A stretch of 62,812 nt of DNA. Origin: Desulfurococcales archaeon (GTDB lineage: Archaea; Thermoproteota; Thermoprotei_A; Sulfolobales; Acidilobaceae). The stretch is taken from positions 1-62,812 of the forward strand of contig WAKG01000085.1 in NCBI GenBank assembly GCA_015523445.1. Reading direction: 5' to 3'. Under the pieces are notes generated by a model, which worked only from the letters and a program-made list of their open reading frames with translations, was not told where the DNA came from and made no database searches. This document shows, one piece after another, positions 45,345-55,503 of the stretch. How positions within the stretch are numbered: position 1 is the first letter of the stretch; the number at the start of each line of letters is the position of its first letter. Both the position numbers and the translations under genes were made by a program.

Positions 45345-46079
45345 CAGGACTATGCCCCTTCCCCTACCATTCTTGGCATTGGAGACTAGTGTGAGGCCCA
45401 GCCTCCTAGCGGCCTCGACCCCACTCATCAGGGGGCCCCTCATAGTTACTATCAGCCCTACTCCAGCACTGGCTAGCCTGTAGACCATGTCTGCCGAGGC
45501 CCTCCCGGTTGTCACGGCAGCTAGGCGGGGCTTATCTAGCAGCCCGTGTACCAGGGCTAGCCCTATAGCCTTGAGCACAGCCGTATGCCTACTAGTATCG
45601 TGGGCCACCACTGTGACCCCCTCGTCTAGGCTGTATATTGCAGCTGTATGGGCTGAGATCCTGTACCTTACCCCGGCCGTCCTACCCGAGAAGTCCTTGA
45701 ATAGATGCATAACGTCGCCCCACGTATATAGATCCCTGGCCAGGGGCTTGTATGTCGCTATGCCCGCTGGCGCCCCGCACTCACCCGGGTTTAGTAGCAT
45801 GGGCTTGGGAGCTATCGCCCTTAGCCCCATCACCTTTATGGAGCCCCCTAGGACCTCCACCCTCACTCGGCTAGGATCTATGCCGGGATGCTCACCCGCT
45901 GCCAGGCCTAGGCCTGCCTCCTCGAGGTTGACCGGCATCGCCACTATATCTCCGTAGAGTACTCCATCAACGTATACCTTGTAAAGAGAGTCGATCGCTA
46001 TCCTGACACCCTCGATCTCCCTGTAGAAGACCCCTGTCTCTCCTTCTACCCTAAACTTGGTGACGCTACTCAGGCTCAC
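45303..46079 (-). CDS. fdhD: Formate dehydrogenase accessory sulfurtransferase FdhD
   Basis: HDTSRHTAVLKAIGLAL...VTTGRASADMVYRLASAGVGLIVTMRGPLMSGVEAARRLGLTLV, the typical FdhD C-terminal half. Confidence 0.85.
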   Translation of the reverse strand: MSLSSVTKFRVEGETGVFYREIEGVRIAIDSLYKVYVDGVLYGDIVAMPVNLEEAGLGLAAGEHPGIDPSRVRVEVLGGSIKVMGLRAIAPKPMLLNPGECGAPAGIATYKPLARDLYTWGDVMHLFKDFSGRTAGVRYRISAHTAAIYSLDEGVTVVAHDTSRHTAVLKAIGLALVHGLLDKPRLAAVTTGRASADMVYRLASAGVGLIVTMRGPLMSGVEAARRLGLTLVSNAKNGRGRGIVLLSGSLQGPNSARH

Positions 46080-46083
46080 GGCT

Positions 46084-46680
46084 CTAGCCCCCCAGAAGCA
46101 TTGTGACTAGTAGCACCTCAACCTGCCTGGGCCTCACACTAGTTACTACTAGCCTGTACCCGCAGGACCTGCACTCCCTCACCTCTAGTACCCCTGGCTG
46201 GACTATGTAGATGTTGAAGAAGCCTCTGCCACGGGATCCACATGAAGGGCACTCCCACTCATCCACCCTCCACTCCATCCCACAGGCGCATCTAGCTGTC
46301 GGCGTGTAGCCATCGAATATGCCCTGGTTAACCCTAGAGAGTGTTATGAGCCTGGGGGTGGAGCCGCATACAGAGCACCTCGCTCCCTTAGGCCTTGGTG
46401 CATGGGCCCGTAGGTCTAGGTATATCCTCCTGGCCACCAGGTACCTTGCCAGCTCCATGCTTCCAGTTACCTCTCCGGCTACACTCAGGAGCTCGTCTAG
46501 GTTGGAGACCCTGGAGGCTAGCGGAGCCCCGCCACCCGGCTCCAGTCTAGGTTGGGGTAGCTTTGATGCTAGGCTCTCTAGCTCCTCCGCCTCCCTGGCT
46601 AGGCTCTCTAGGTCCTCACTGCAGCTATCGCTACATAGCTTGGCTAGGCCCCTGAGGAGGGGGTATCTCAGGGCGTTCAC
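46084..46680 (-). CDS. fdhE: FdhE-like protein (paralogue 2, short, degenerate second Cys pair)
   Basis: CSVCG...ARCACGMEWRV...CPSCG...CRSCGYRL. It lies between the cytochrome b subunit and fdhD. Confidence 0.65.
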   Translation of the reverse strand: MNALRYPLLRGLAKLCSDSCSEDLESLAREAEELESLASKLPQPRLEPGGGAPLASRVSNLDELLSVAGEVTGSMELARYLVARRIYLDLRAHAPRPKGARCSVCGSTPRLITLSRVNQGIFDGYTPTARCACGMEWRVDEWECPSCGSRGRGFFNIYIVQPGVLEVRECRSCGYRLVVTSVRPRQVEVLLVTMLLGG

Positions 46681-47384
46681 TCCTCGCCTCCCCTGACTCC
46701 TAGGTGCTCGGCTGCCCAGTCCTCTGGCACCTCTCCGCTGGTGAACATTGCCCTAAGTAGGGGCCTGTTGGATGGGTGTAGGGTGGCGTATGTGTGGAGT
46801 AGTAGGAAGCCCAGTGCTAGGGCGAAGCCTATGTCGTGTAGGGCGTACATGAGCCTGGTGGTTGATAGGCTTAGGCCTAACTGCTCCTTGTATAGTAGTG
46901 CTACTCCGCTTATGGATAGGAGTATTGTTGAGGCGAGTAGAAGTATGAAGAGCCAGCCGGTGAGGACGTTGTACCTGCCCATTCTAGCCTTTACCTCCCA
47001 TGGTATGGGCTTGCCTAGCGTGTAGTGCTTGACTAGCGCCGCTGCTTCCCTAGCCTGCTCGCCTAGGCTCCTGGCTATGGCTTTGAGTATGTGGAACTTC
47101 CTGTTGAATGACAAGTAGTAGACTAGGTATACTACCACGAAGGCGCCCCAGGCTAGGCCTACTACCCTATGCCAGGTCCTAGCCCACTGGATCCCCACAA
47201 CGACGGGGTCTGCATCCACGCCCTCCAGGGTTGATAGGGGCTGGCCTATTGCTAGGGCTATCCACGACGTCGCGTCGGAGGCGAACAGCATGAGGCCAGA
47301 CACTATTAGGGAGATGAATAGTATAAGGTTGACTAGGTGTCCTGCCCTATAGGCCAAGTCCATCACCCTTATCCTCCTACTCAC
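46677..47384 (-). CDS. Formate dehydrogenase cytochrome b (gamma) subunit, FdnI/Ni-Fe hydrogenase b-type cytochrome family
   Basis: 235-aa, 4-5-TM protein with conserved His in TM segments (RAGHLVNL, WHRVVG, ALHDIGFA, LLLHTYATLH). It overlaps the beta subunit stop. Confidence 0.7.
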   Translation of the reverse strand: MSRRIRVMDLAYRAGHLVNLILFISLIVSGLMLFASDATSWIALAIGQPLSTLEGVDADPVVVGIQWARTWHRVVGLAWGAFVVVYLVYYLSFNRKFHILKAIARSLGEQAREAAALVKHYTLGKPIPWEVKARMGRYNVLTGWLFILLLASTILLSISGVALLYKEQLGLSLSTTRLMYALHDIGFALALGFLLLHTYATLHPSNRPLLRAMFTSGEVPEDWAAEHLGVRGGEE

Positions 47385-48199
47385 TCCTCACCACCTCCCT
47401 CCTCCCCAGGCTTCTGCCTAGAGGCCCTCCACGATACTAGGCCTAGGACTGCCAAGGCTGCCAGGGCAGCAGTGCCCCCATACTTCACCACGCCCTGCAG
47501 CGTCTCCCTGATTGACTGAGAGGCCACGCTGGCATCCTCGGGGAAGTGATCCTTCAGGACCTGCGACTTCTCGCCTGATACAGCATAGATCCACCTGGTA
47601 TACCCTCCAACGTAGTCGGGCAGGTCTAGGCCGTAGACCTCCTTACCCTCGCCCTTGAGCCTGGAGGCCTCTGCCCTAACCTCCTCTATGGGGCCGAAGA
47701 TGAACACGCCGGTGGGGCAGACCTCGACACACGCTGGCTCGAGGCCCTCCTGTAGCCTATCTACGCAGAACGTGCACTTGTAATACTTCCCCGTGTCCTC
47801 GCTCCTCCTGGGTATGTTGTATGGGCATGCTGCCTCGCAGTAGCCGCAGCCTATGCAGTCTGGCTCGTTGATCACCACTGCGCCCTCCTTGGTGGTTATT
47901 ATTGCCCCGACCGGGCAAGCCCTCTCGCAGGGGGCGTCGGCGCAGTGGAGGCAGTTGTATGGGAGGGGCTGTATGTAGGGGTCTTCGAAGCCCGAGAGGT
48001 AAAGGATCCTGACCTCCTTGAATATAACCAGCTTCCAGGTGTTGGCGTCCAGGTCTGGGGGGCTGGTTATCCCTGCATCCGTTGGCCAGGCGAAGGATAG
48101 GGTCTCAGCGGGCCTGCCGTTCCACTCCTTACACGCTACCTGGCAGGCCCTGCACCCTATGCACTTGTCCAGGTCCACAAGTATACCATAGCCCTGCAC
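47381..48199 (-). CDS. Formate dehydrogenase iron-sulfur (beta) subunit, 4x[4Fe-4S], C-terminal TM anchor
   Basis: CIGCRACQVACKEWN, CLHCADAPCERACP, CIGCGYCEAACP, CTFCVDRL...CVEVCP. C-terminal helix TAALAALAVLGLVSW. Confidence 0.9.
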   Translation of the reverse strand: MQGYGILVDLDKCIGCRACQVACKEWNGRPAETLSFAWPTDAGITSPPDLDANTWKLVIFKEVRILYLSGFEDPYIQPLPYNCLHCADAPCERACPVGAIITTKEGAVVINEPDCIGCGYCEAACPYNIPRRSEDTGKYYKCTFCVDRLQEGLEPACVEVCPTGVFIFGPIEEVRAEASRLKGEGKEVYGLDLPDYVGGYTRWIYAVSGEKSQVLKDHFPEDASVASQSIRETLQGVVKYGGTAALAALAVLGLVSWRASRQKPGEEGGGEE

Positions 48200-51100
48200 T
48201 ACCTACCACCCCCAGCCCTCCTTATCTTAGCAATAAACGCCTTCGACTCCTGGATCGTTGTCTTAACATCCACCACGTCTGGAACCGCGAAGTTTGCTTG
48301 AGGCCCGGCCTTGCGACCGGCGAAGCTGAAGCTCCAGTGCATGCTTATGACGGGCACCTTCTTGCCGTCTACGTCTAGGTAGGCTATGCCACTAGTTACC
48401 CATGCCCTCATCCTGATCGTGCCCCTAGCCGTCTCTATCTCGACCCAGTCGCCACTCCTTACCCCGATCTTCTCTGCTAGCTCCCTGGGTATCTGCACGT
48501 AGGCGTCAGGCACCAACTCGAGTAGGTAGGGCACGTTCCTGGACATGGCGCCTGAGTGCCATGTCTCCGTCATCCTGTGGGTTGTGACAACTGTGAGCTC
48601 GCCCTCGACACCCTCGAGCGCCTTGGGGTCGAAGGCGACTCCAACGGGTTTGCCCTTCACGACATCGGGCTCCTCGTAGAGGACCTTAAGGTTGTGGGGG
48701 TGTAGCCACGCTATGGTGGGATACTCTAGCTGGAGGTCGAAGACTGGGGACTCCACTGGCTCGGTGTGGAGGGGCCACTGGAAGTTGTAGCCTGGGTACC
48801 AGCGGCCATGCTTCTCTATAACTCTCCTCACAGCCTCAGCCGTATCTCCTGTCTCCTGATAGAATCTCTTGAAGTCGTTCTTGAACTCCTGTAGCTTGGC
48901 CTTGGCCTCTCTGTAGGGTGACCCGGAGAAGAAGGGCCTCTTCACGCTGGCCTTAGCTATGCCCTGGACATCATCGTCTATATATAGGGTGTCGTTGGCC
49001 CATAGATACTTCATACCAGTCTTCCTTGCATACTCCTCGAATGTATATGACTTAACCGCGCCATCCTCCTCAACCACGAACCTGCCCTCGACCCTGGGCT
49101 CCCCGCTCCTCACGAACTCCACTAGGTCTATCCCGCCGAATAGGTCGGCGACGCCGCTAAGCCTCCTCTTGAACACCTTGGGTATGTAGAAGTTGTGGCC
49201 TGGAAGTGCGAATGGCCTGTACTCGCCCGTGTACTCATCTATTATCTCACCCGTCTCCCCGGTTACACGCCACTCTCTCCCTGCAGCTCTGACAGTCTCC
49301 TCCCTGCCTAGCACCGCCTTAAGGCTGTCTAGGTTGTACATTAGCCTAACGTTCATGGGCCAGCTCCAGCCCCAGTCCTTGTATATATTGAACTCGCTAC
49401 TGAACACCCCATCTATTTCCCCCGGCCTCCTCAGTCTATTGCTCCTCCTCATAGGCGTGAACTCGTCTCTGACAGGATCCCACATCCCCTGGTAGATGAG
49501 CATGTTGAAGTTGATCTCCCTAGCCATGATCCTGGGGTTCGCCTCCGCCTCCACCGGGCTCACGGGAGTAGCGGAGCCGGTGCCGCCGGTATAGTCCCAG
49601 CTCCTGTCTGGCTTGAGCCTCCTCTCCCATACCAGGACCTTCTCCCCCCTCTTCTCGAATATAACCCTCTCCCTCTCCACCCCGGCATACTCGCTGGGGA
49701 GCCTGATCACTCCGTACCTCCTAAGGTACTCGTATAGCTTGGTGTAGATCCAGTAGTCGGGTCTTGCCAGTCTACGGGGCTCCCTGGCCTTGTAGGTCCA
49801 CTGTATAACCCTGTTGCCATCAGTCATTGTACCCTCTCTCTCGAACCACGCTGCGGCTGGGAGGAGCACGTCGGCGAACCAGGCCGTCTCGGTCTCGAAT
49901 AGGTCTGCGACGACGAGCAGGTCTAGGCTTGCCAGCGCGGCGTATATAATCTTGGCGTTGGGATTGGTAACCGCTGGGTTCTCGCCGAATATGAAGGCGG
50001 CCCTGATCTCTCCTGCCAGTGCCCTGCGTGGCCACACCGTCTCGCTACTACCGCCACCCAATGGTATATCACTCACAACCACGCCATTCACGGGGTCATC
50101 CTCTGGTATGGTGCCCATGAATATGCCCCAAGTCAGCTCATGCCTCCTCCACCCATTGAAGATCCATGCCCTGAGGGCCTTTGCGAGGTCAGCCTCGCCC
50201 CTCAGCGGCTTCTTTATCGCGCTGAAGGGAGGCTTGTCCCTGGCCCACTCAGGGACCTCCCAGTTCCAGGCGTCTGGCATCCCCTGGAGCTTCCAGTCCT
50301 GGTAGACCCTGATCTCTAGGGGTGACTTGGGGACAGCTGGGTAGCCGGGCAGGCCTCCGGGGCCGAACTGTACATCGGTGACTCCCTGCACGTTGCTATG
50401 GCCCCTGAAGGGGTGAGTACCACCACCCGGGTACCCCACGTTGCCTAGGAGTAGCTGGACCACCGCGGCGGACCTGATTATGTTTACCGAGGCGTTGGTG
50501 TGCTGTGTCATGCCCATAGCCCACTGTATTATGCCGTGCCTCTTATGGCCGCTAACAACCCCGCTATTCTCTACGAACCACTCAGCCGCCTTCCTAAGCT
50601 TCTCCGCTGGCACTCCGGTTATCCTCGAGGCTGTGGCCGCGTCGTACTCCTTGATCACCTCTTTAAGGTCCTCAAGATCCTCTTTAGTTATGTTCCACCT
50701 TTCCATGAGCCTGGAGAACTCGGGCAGCTGGTCTATCGGCGGGCTCCTCTCGTAGAAGGCATAATAGAGCACGTACCACAGTATAGCCGTTTCCGTACCG
50801 CTCCTGAAGGGGAGCCATAGGTCTGCGTATGTGGCGGTTCTCGAGAACCTGGGGTCTGCCACGATGAACTTCCCGCCCTTCTCCTTGGCCTTGAGGAAGT
50901 AGTAGAAGGATAGGGGATGAGCCTCGGCAGGGTTGCTGAAGAAGAAGACTACACTGGCTAGGGCTACATCCTCTATGCTAGCAGTCTCCGCGCCCCACCC
51001 GTAGGTTGTGGCTAGGGCCGTGACGGTAGAGCTGTGGCATTTCCTGTACTGACTGTCGAAGTTGTTAGTGCCAAGGAAGGCGGCTATCTTGTTGCTCAGG

Positions 51101-51735
51101 TATCCTGCCTCATTAGTCATAACGGAGGAACCAATCATCTGGACCGGCGTCTCGGCTCCTCGGTAATAGTAGCCATCCTCGAAGGCGGGGGCGCCAGTAG
51201 AGGCCCTATAGTCGTCCATTATAGCCTTTATCCTCTCTGCGATGAACCTGAAAGCCTCATCCCACTCGACCTCTCTCCACTTGGGAGGATACCTCTTTAC
51301 AAGCTCCACCAGCTCGCCCCAGGACCTAGCCGAGAGTATCTCCTCAACAGGGGGCTTAGGGCCAGTCCTTATCCTGGGTTTAAGCACCCTCAGATCATTA
51401 TCGCCCAGCTGGTATGCTGCCTTACCCTTAGGGCAGAGCCTGCCTAGGTTTATATATGAATCCGTGGAGCCACGGGTATGTACAACCTGGTCACCCACGG
51501 TGTAAACGTCTATAGAACACCCCATAGAGCAGTAGGGGCATATAGAGGGGGTCACCTTGGCATTGACGATATCAGTCTTCCCACCAATCTCGCCGAGCCT
51601 CCACTCCCTCTTAACCCTCTTGAATGGGGGCAACGCCGCCCTGGCTATCCCAGCCGAGCCAGCGCCTAGTGCAATGGAGGCTAGTGCCCCCAGCTTGATG
51701 AATTCCCTTCTAGATACCTTGCCCATATACCTCAC
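48199..51735 (-). CDS. Tat-exported molybdopterin (bis-MGD) oxidoreductase catalytic subunit, formate dehydrogenase-N alpha-like, Cys type
   Basis: Twin-arginine signal KVSRREFIKLGALASIALGAGSAGIARA. FS0 motif CPYCSMGCS...CPKG. Active-site block QYRKCHSSTV, equivalent to the R-(U/C)-H-xPTV motif of FdnG. Cys233 codon TGC at 51037-51039. 1178 aa. Confidence 0.85.
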   Translation of the reverse strand: MRYMGKVSRREFIKLGALASIALGAGSAGIARAALPPFKRVKREWRLGEIGGKTDIVNAKVTPSICPYCSMGCSIDVYTVGDQVVHTRGSTDSYINLGRLCPKGKAAYQLGDNDLRVLKPRIRTGPKPPVEEILSARSWGELVELVKRYPPKWREVEWDEAFRFIAERIKAIMDDYRASTGAPAFEDGYYYRGAETPVQMIGSSVMTNEAGYLSNKIAAFLGTNNFDSQYRKCHSSTVTALATTYGWGAETASIEDVALASVVFFFSNPAEAHPLSFYYFLKAKEKGGKFIVADPRFSRTATYADLWLPFRSGTETAILWYVLYYAFYERSPPIDQLPEFSRLMERWNITKEDLEDLKEVIKEYDAATASRITGVPAEKLRKAAEWFVENSGVVSGHKRHGIIQWAMGMTQHTNASVNIIRSAAVVQLLLGNVGYPGGGTHPFRGHSNVQGVTDVQFGPGGLPGYPAVPKSPLEIRVYQDWKLQGMPDAWNWEVPEWARDKPPFSAIKKPLRGEADLAKALRAWIFNGWRRHELTWGIFMGTIPEDDPVNGVVVSDIPLGGGSSETVWPRRALAGEIRAAFIFGENPAVTNPNAKIIYAALASLDLLVVADLFETETAWFADVLLPAAAWFEREGTMTDGNRVIQWTYKAREPRRLARPDYWIYTKLYEYLRRYGVIRLPSEYAGVERERVIFEKRGEKVLVWERRLKPDRSWDYTGGTGSATPVSPVEAEANPRIMAREINFNMLIYQGMWDPVRDEFTPMRRSNRLRRPGEIDGVFSSEFNIYKDWGWSWPMNVRLMYNLDSLKAVLGREETVRAAGREWRVTGETGEIIDEYTGEYRPFALPGHNFYIPKVFKRRLSGVADLFGGIDLVEFVRSGEPRVEGRFVVEEDGAVKSYTFEEYARKTGMKYLWANDTLYIDDDVQGIAKASVKRPFFSGSPYREAKAKLQEFKNDFKRFYQETGDTAEAVRRVIEKHGRWYPGYNFQWPLHTEPVESPVFDLQLEYPTIAWLHPHNLKVLYEEPDVVKGKPVGVAFDPKALEGVEGELTVVTTHRMTETWHSGAMSRNVPYLLELVPDAYVQIPRELAEKIGVRSGDWVEIETARGTIRMRAWVTSGIAYLDVDGKKVPVISMHWSFSFAGRKAGPQANFAVPDVVDVKTTIQESKAFIAKIRRAGGGR

Positions 51736-51947
51736 CTCCGGAAGATGCTCCCGGAGCCGTATCTCTTGTCCCTCCTACCCTTGATCCTCTTCGCCGTGAA
51801 GCAGGTCACATCCTCTCCGCCATCCAGGATGGAGTATAGCCCATCGACTGCATCAGCTCCCAGCTCAGCCTCGAGGAGTTCTATATCCTGGGTAACCTTA
51901 TCGGCCTGAGGGGGAGGCCTGGACCTAGGATTAGTCATGGGGCCCAC
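51732..51947 (-). CDS. Small hypothetical protein at the head of the fdh operon
   Basis: 71-aa ORF whose stop overlaps the alpha-subunit ATG by 4 nt. Acidic central region. No motif. Confidence 0.3.
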   Translation of the reverse strand: MGPMTNPRSRPPPQADKVTQDIELLEAELGADAVDGLYSILDGGEDVTCFTAKRIKGRRDKRYGSGSIFRR

Positions 51948-52144
51948 CTGCCAGGAGTCTTAATTGTATGATAAACAATACAGAGTTTATATCTAAATTT
52001 ATAAGGGTTTCACTGTTAAATACCGTGTTTAAATAAAACCATACATATAATAATATAAGAATAAACCGCCGAGTCAAGAGAAGCGGGTATAATACCCCGC
52101 GCACCACATCCATCCCTAGGGCATGCGGGGGGTGTTATATTCCC
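51948..52144. promoter_or_regulatory. AT-rich divergent promoter region between the fdh operon and the AOR gene
   Basis: A low-GC gap containing AAATTTATAAGG and TTTAAATAAAA TATA-like elements, flanked by oppositely oriented genes. Confidence 0.5.
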
Positions 52145-53998
52145 ATGGCATGGGTGAACGGTAAGGTCCTACACATAAACCTTACAGGAGAGGACCTAGA
52201 GGCTAGTGCTAGCGAGCTAAGCATAGAAACACTGAGAATACTCGGAGGAGGCAGGGGGCTAGCAGCCCTCCTATACTCCTGGAGCGTGGAGGAGCCTCCA
52301 GAACCCCTCTCACCCCACAACCCCCTAGTAATCGCTCCAGGCCTACTACTAGGATCCAAGCTCACGACAGCCTCGAAGACTGTGGTCATGGCCAGGAGCC
52401 CCAAGACTGGATTCCTTGGGAGGAGTAGTGTGGGGGCCCGCATGGGGCTTGAGATCAGGAGGGCTGGATATGATGCAGTAGTAATCAAGGGCAGGGCCAG
52501 CAGCCCCTCAGTACTACTGATAGACTGTGACGGGGCCCGCATCGAGCCAGCCCAGGACCTGTGGGGCCTCAAGGTGGGTGAGGCCAGGGCCAGGCTATCC
52601 AAGATGTACCCTGGCTACGCCGACGCTATAATAGGCCCGGCAGGGGAGAGGCTCTCGGCCATGGCTACCATAGACGCCAACGGCAGGCAGGCTGGAAGGA
52701 CTGGTACGGGGGCAGTTATGGGGTCTAAGGGGTTGAAGGCAATAATGGTTAAGGGATGTAAGGACCCTGCTCCAAGCGATCCAGGCGAGGCTAGGAGGCT
52801 CGCGCTTGAACTTACAAGGCTAACCCATAAGCACCCGTCGAGCAAGAACCTGATAGAGTATGGAACACCCCTCATGATGGAGCTGACTAACAAGGTGCAC
52901 GGCGTCTTCCCAAGCCTTAACTGGAGGAGATCCACGATCTCATGGTGCCCCGACCCTGAGAGGAGGCACGAGGAGCTGTCCAGGTTCGCCCCGAAGATGA
53001 GAGTGGCCAGGAACCCCTGCACCGGGTGCTGGAGGGTCTGCAGCCAAGTGGTCAAGGCCAGAGGCGTGGAGACCGATGGGCCAGAGTATGAGAGCCTCTA
53101 CTCCCTAGGTCCTATAGTAGGTCTGTGCGATATAGAGGAGGTGGCCTACCTAAACTATCTAGCCGATGAGCTCGGGCTAGACACGATCAGCCTGGGACTG
53201 ACGATAGCCTGGGCAATAGAGGCCGGAGAGAGGGGCATACTCAAGAATGCCCCTAGCTGGGGCGAGTTTGAGGCTATAGCGAGGCTGGTGGAGGATATAG
53301 CCTATAGGAGGGGCCTCGGCGACCTACTAGCTGACGGTGTAAATAAGGCGGTGGAGAAGATTGGTGCGGGGGATGAATTCGCCATCCACTCCAAGGGCCT
53401 CGAGCTGCCTGCATACGATGCCAGGGGCCTTAAGGGGATGGCGGTCGGCTACGCTGTCTCCAGCAGGGGCGGAGACCACTTGACTAGCGGCATGTATGCT
53501 CTCGAGCTTACTGGGAAGCTGTGGAAGTTTGAGGGGGTGAACAGGCTTAGCTACGAGGGTAAGGGGATCATGGTGAAGGCTATGGAGGACCTTATGGCTT
53601 ACTTCGACTCCATGGGTATATGCAAGTTCAGCAGGTACACTCTCACCCCGGAGAACGTGGCGCCCCTGGTCAGGGCGCTCACGGGCTGGGATGTAACCCC
53701 TGGGGACCTGGTCAGGATGGGTGAGAGGGCGGTGAACCTGGAGAGGCTCCTGAACATATCCATGGGCCTTAAACACAGGGACGACTGGCTGCCCAAGAGA
53801 CTCCTAGAGGAGCCCATACCAGACGGCCCCAGCCAGGGAGAGCTTGTGGACGGTGAGAAGCTGAGGAGGGAGATACAGGCCTACTACCAGGCCCGCGGCT
53901 GGAGCCCTGAGGGGAGGCCCTACAGGGCCCAGCTCCATATACTAGACCTAGAGCGCCTCCTGCCCGAGTGGCTCCTCAAGCACTCTGAGTCAGGGTAG
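52145..53998 (+). CDS. aor: Tungsten-containing aldehyde:ferredoxin oxidoreductase (AOR family)
   Basis: MAWVNGKVLHINLT...GGRGLAA...SPLTGFLG-like SPKTGFLGRSSVGARMG...VIKG...GPAGE. C-terminal domain DxxGxC-type MGICKFS. 617 aa. Confidence 0.9.
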   Translation: MAWVNGKVLHINLTGEDLEASASELSIETLRILGGGRGLAALLYSWSVEEPPEPLSPHNPLVIAPGLLLGSKLTTASKTVVMARSPKTGFLGRSSVGARMGLEIRRAGYDAVVIKGRASSPSVLLIDCDGARIEPAQDLWGLKVGEARARLSKMYPGYADAIIGPAGERLSAMATIDANGRQAGRTGTGAVMGSKGLKAIMVKGCKDPAPSDPGEARRLALELTRLTHKHPSSKNLIEYGTPLMMELTNKVHGVFPSLNWRRSTISWCPDPERRHEELSRFAPKMRVARNPCTGCWRVCSQVVKARGVETDGPEYESLYSLGPIVGLCDIEEVAYLNYLADELGLDTISLGLTIAWAIEAGERGILKNAPSWGEFEAIARLVEDIAYRRGLGDLLADGVNKAVEKIGAGDEFAIHSKGLELPAYDARGLKGMAVGYAVSSRGGDHLTSGMYALELTGKLWKFEGVNRLSYEGKGIMVKAMEDLMAYFDSMGICKFSRYTLTPENVAPLVRALTGWDVTPGDLVRMGERAVNLERLLNISMGLKHRDDWLPKRLLEEPIPDGPSQGELVDGEKLRREIQAYYQARGWSPEGRPYRAQLHILDLERLLPEWLLKHSESG

Positions 53999-54018
53999 GA
54001 GATAAAGGCCCGGCCCCG

Positions 54019-55326
54019 GTGCATATCAGCATGGTGCACAGGCTAATGCCCTACGACTACGTGGTCCTGGGAGCCGGGATCGTCGGCTTAGCTACTGCGT
54101 ATCACCTCAAGAGGCTCAATCCCCGGGCTAGCGTGCTACTTGTGGATAAGGGACACGGGCCCGGCGCGGGGGATACGGGGAAGAGTGCCGCCGCCTTCAG
54201 GGCATTCTTCACTAGCAGGATAAACATGAGCCTGGCAAAGACTAGTATAGAGTTCTACAGGAGCGTCCAGGAGGAGGGATTCGACCTTGGTATGAGGTTC
54301 GTGGGTTACCTATTCCTCCTCGATAAGAAGCTGAAGAGGGCTGCGAGGAAGGGGCTGGAGGAGGCTAAGAGGCTGGGTCTTGGCTATGAGGTACTAGACC
54401 CGGGCACTCTAGAGGAGAGGCTGGGCATTAGGACTAGGGTGGAGGAACTAGAGGAGGCCGAGCTAATAGGTGCTGGAGACGTGGAGGAGGGGATCCTAGT
54501 TAGGGAGGCTGGTATAATAGCGGCTGAGAAGCTAGTGGAGTACTACTATACTAGGATAACCTCGATGGGTGTAGAGACGAGCTTCAACACGCTAGTCACA
54601 GGCTTCGAGATCAAGCCTAGGAGGCCTCTAGGCGTGGAGGGCGAGCCATTCCCATGGCAGGACTCGAGGATATCAGGGGTTGAGACTAGCAGGGGCATGA
54701 TACATGCTAGGAGGAAGGTGATAGCCTCCTTGGGGGCATGGTCCAGCAAGGTCCTTAACCCGGTAGGCGTGGACTCATACACGAGGCCTAAGAAGAGGCA
54801 GGTGTTCAGCGTTAGGGCTGAGGGTTCCCTTGCTAAGACCCTTCACGCTAGGGGCTTGAACAAGTATAACCTGAGCCCTATGCTGATATTCCCACGCAAG
54901 GCCTTCGCTAGGCCGGAGCCGGGAGAGGGTGCATTCTGGGTTGGCATAAGCGACCATCTTGGGAGGCCCTTCACACTAGATGAGGACCCGGCGCCGGAGG
55001 AGCAGTTCTACAACCTGGGGGTTCTCCCGGTCCTGAGCCTATATCACCCCGGCTTCGAAGGGGCAGTGCCCCACTCATCCTGGGCTGGTAACTATGATAT
55101 AAGCTTCGACGGCGCCCCGATAATCTATGAGCCCTACGGGAGCGACCTGATAGTTAGTGCTGGTACCAGTGGTAGCGGGATTATGAAGGCCGACGCCATA
55201 GGCAGGATCACGGCCTCGCTAGCGCTAGGCCTAGAGGAGGCGGAGCTGTACGGGGGAGAGAGTATTAGGGTTGAGAGGCTAGGCCTGGAGAGGAGGATGA
55301 TTGAGCCTGAGGAGCTAGTGATATAG
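54019..55326 (+). CDS. FAD-dependent oxidoreductase (DAO/sarcosine-oxidase-beta-like family)
   Basis: Rossmann dinucleotide motif YDYVVLGAGIVGLATAYHL...VLLVDK. 435 aa. GTG start. Confidence 0.75.
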   Translation: MHISMVHRLMPYDYVVLGAGIVGLATAYHLKRLNPRASVLLVDKGHGPGAGDTGKSAAAFRAFFTSRINMSLAKTSIEFYRSVQEEGFDLGMRFVGYLFLLDKKLKRAARKGLEEAKRLGLGYEVLDPGTLEERLGIRTRVEELEEAELIGAGDVEEGILVREAGIIAAEKLVEYYYTRITSMGVETSFNTLVTGFEIKPRRPLGVEGEPFPWQDSRISGVETSRGMIHARRKVIASLGAWSSKVLNPVGVDSYTRPKKRQVFSVRAEGSLAKTLHARGLNKYNLSPMLIFPRKAFARPEPGEGAFWVGISDHLGRPFTLDEDPAPEEQFYNLGVLPVLSLYHPGFEGAVPHSSWAGNYDISFDGAPIIYEPYGSDLIVSAGTSGSGIMKADAIGRITASLALGLEEAELYGGESIRVERLGLERRMIEPEELVI

Positions 55327-55503
55327 CCAGGGGTCGGCCAAGGCTAAACACCTCATAGAGCATCCCTCGGCTCCGCCTGGGGACCTCATCCCCCAGCACT
55401 TCACTCCTGCCTTGAGGATATTATGGCTGCAACTCCAGGGGTTTAAGGTATAGATCCTAGGGGCATGTATCGTTTAAACCCCCTAACGCTACTATGAGCA
55501 TAG

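Noticed and set aside
48199-51735. Selenocysteine (UGA) recoding in the formate dehydrogenase alpha subunit
   Set aside because: The ORF is uninterrupted and the position equivalent to SeCys is a TGC cysteine codon (51037-51039). No in-frame TGA is present and no SECIS needs to be invoked.
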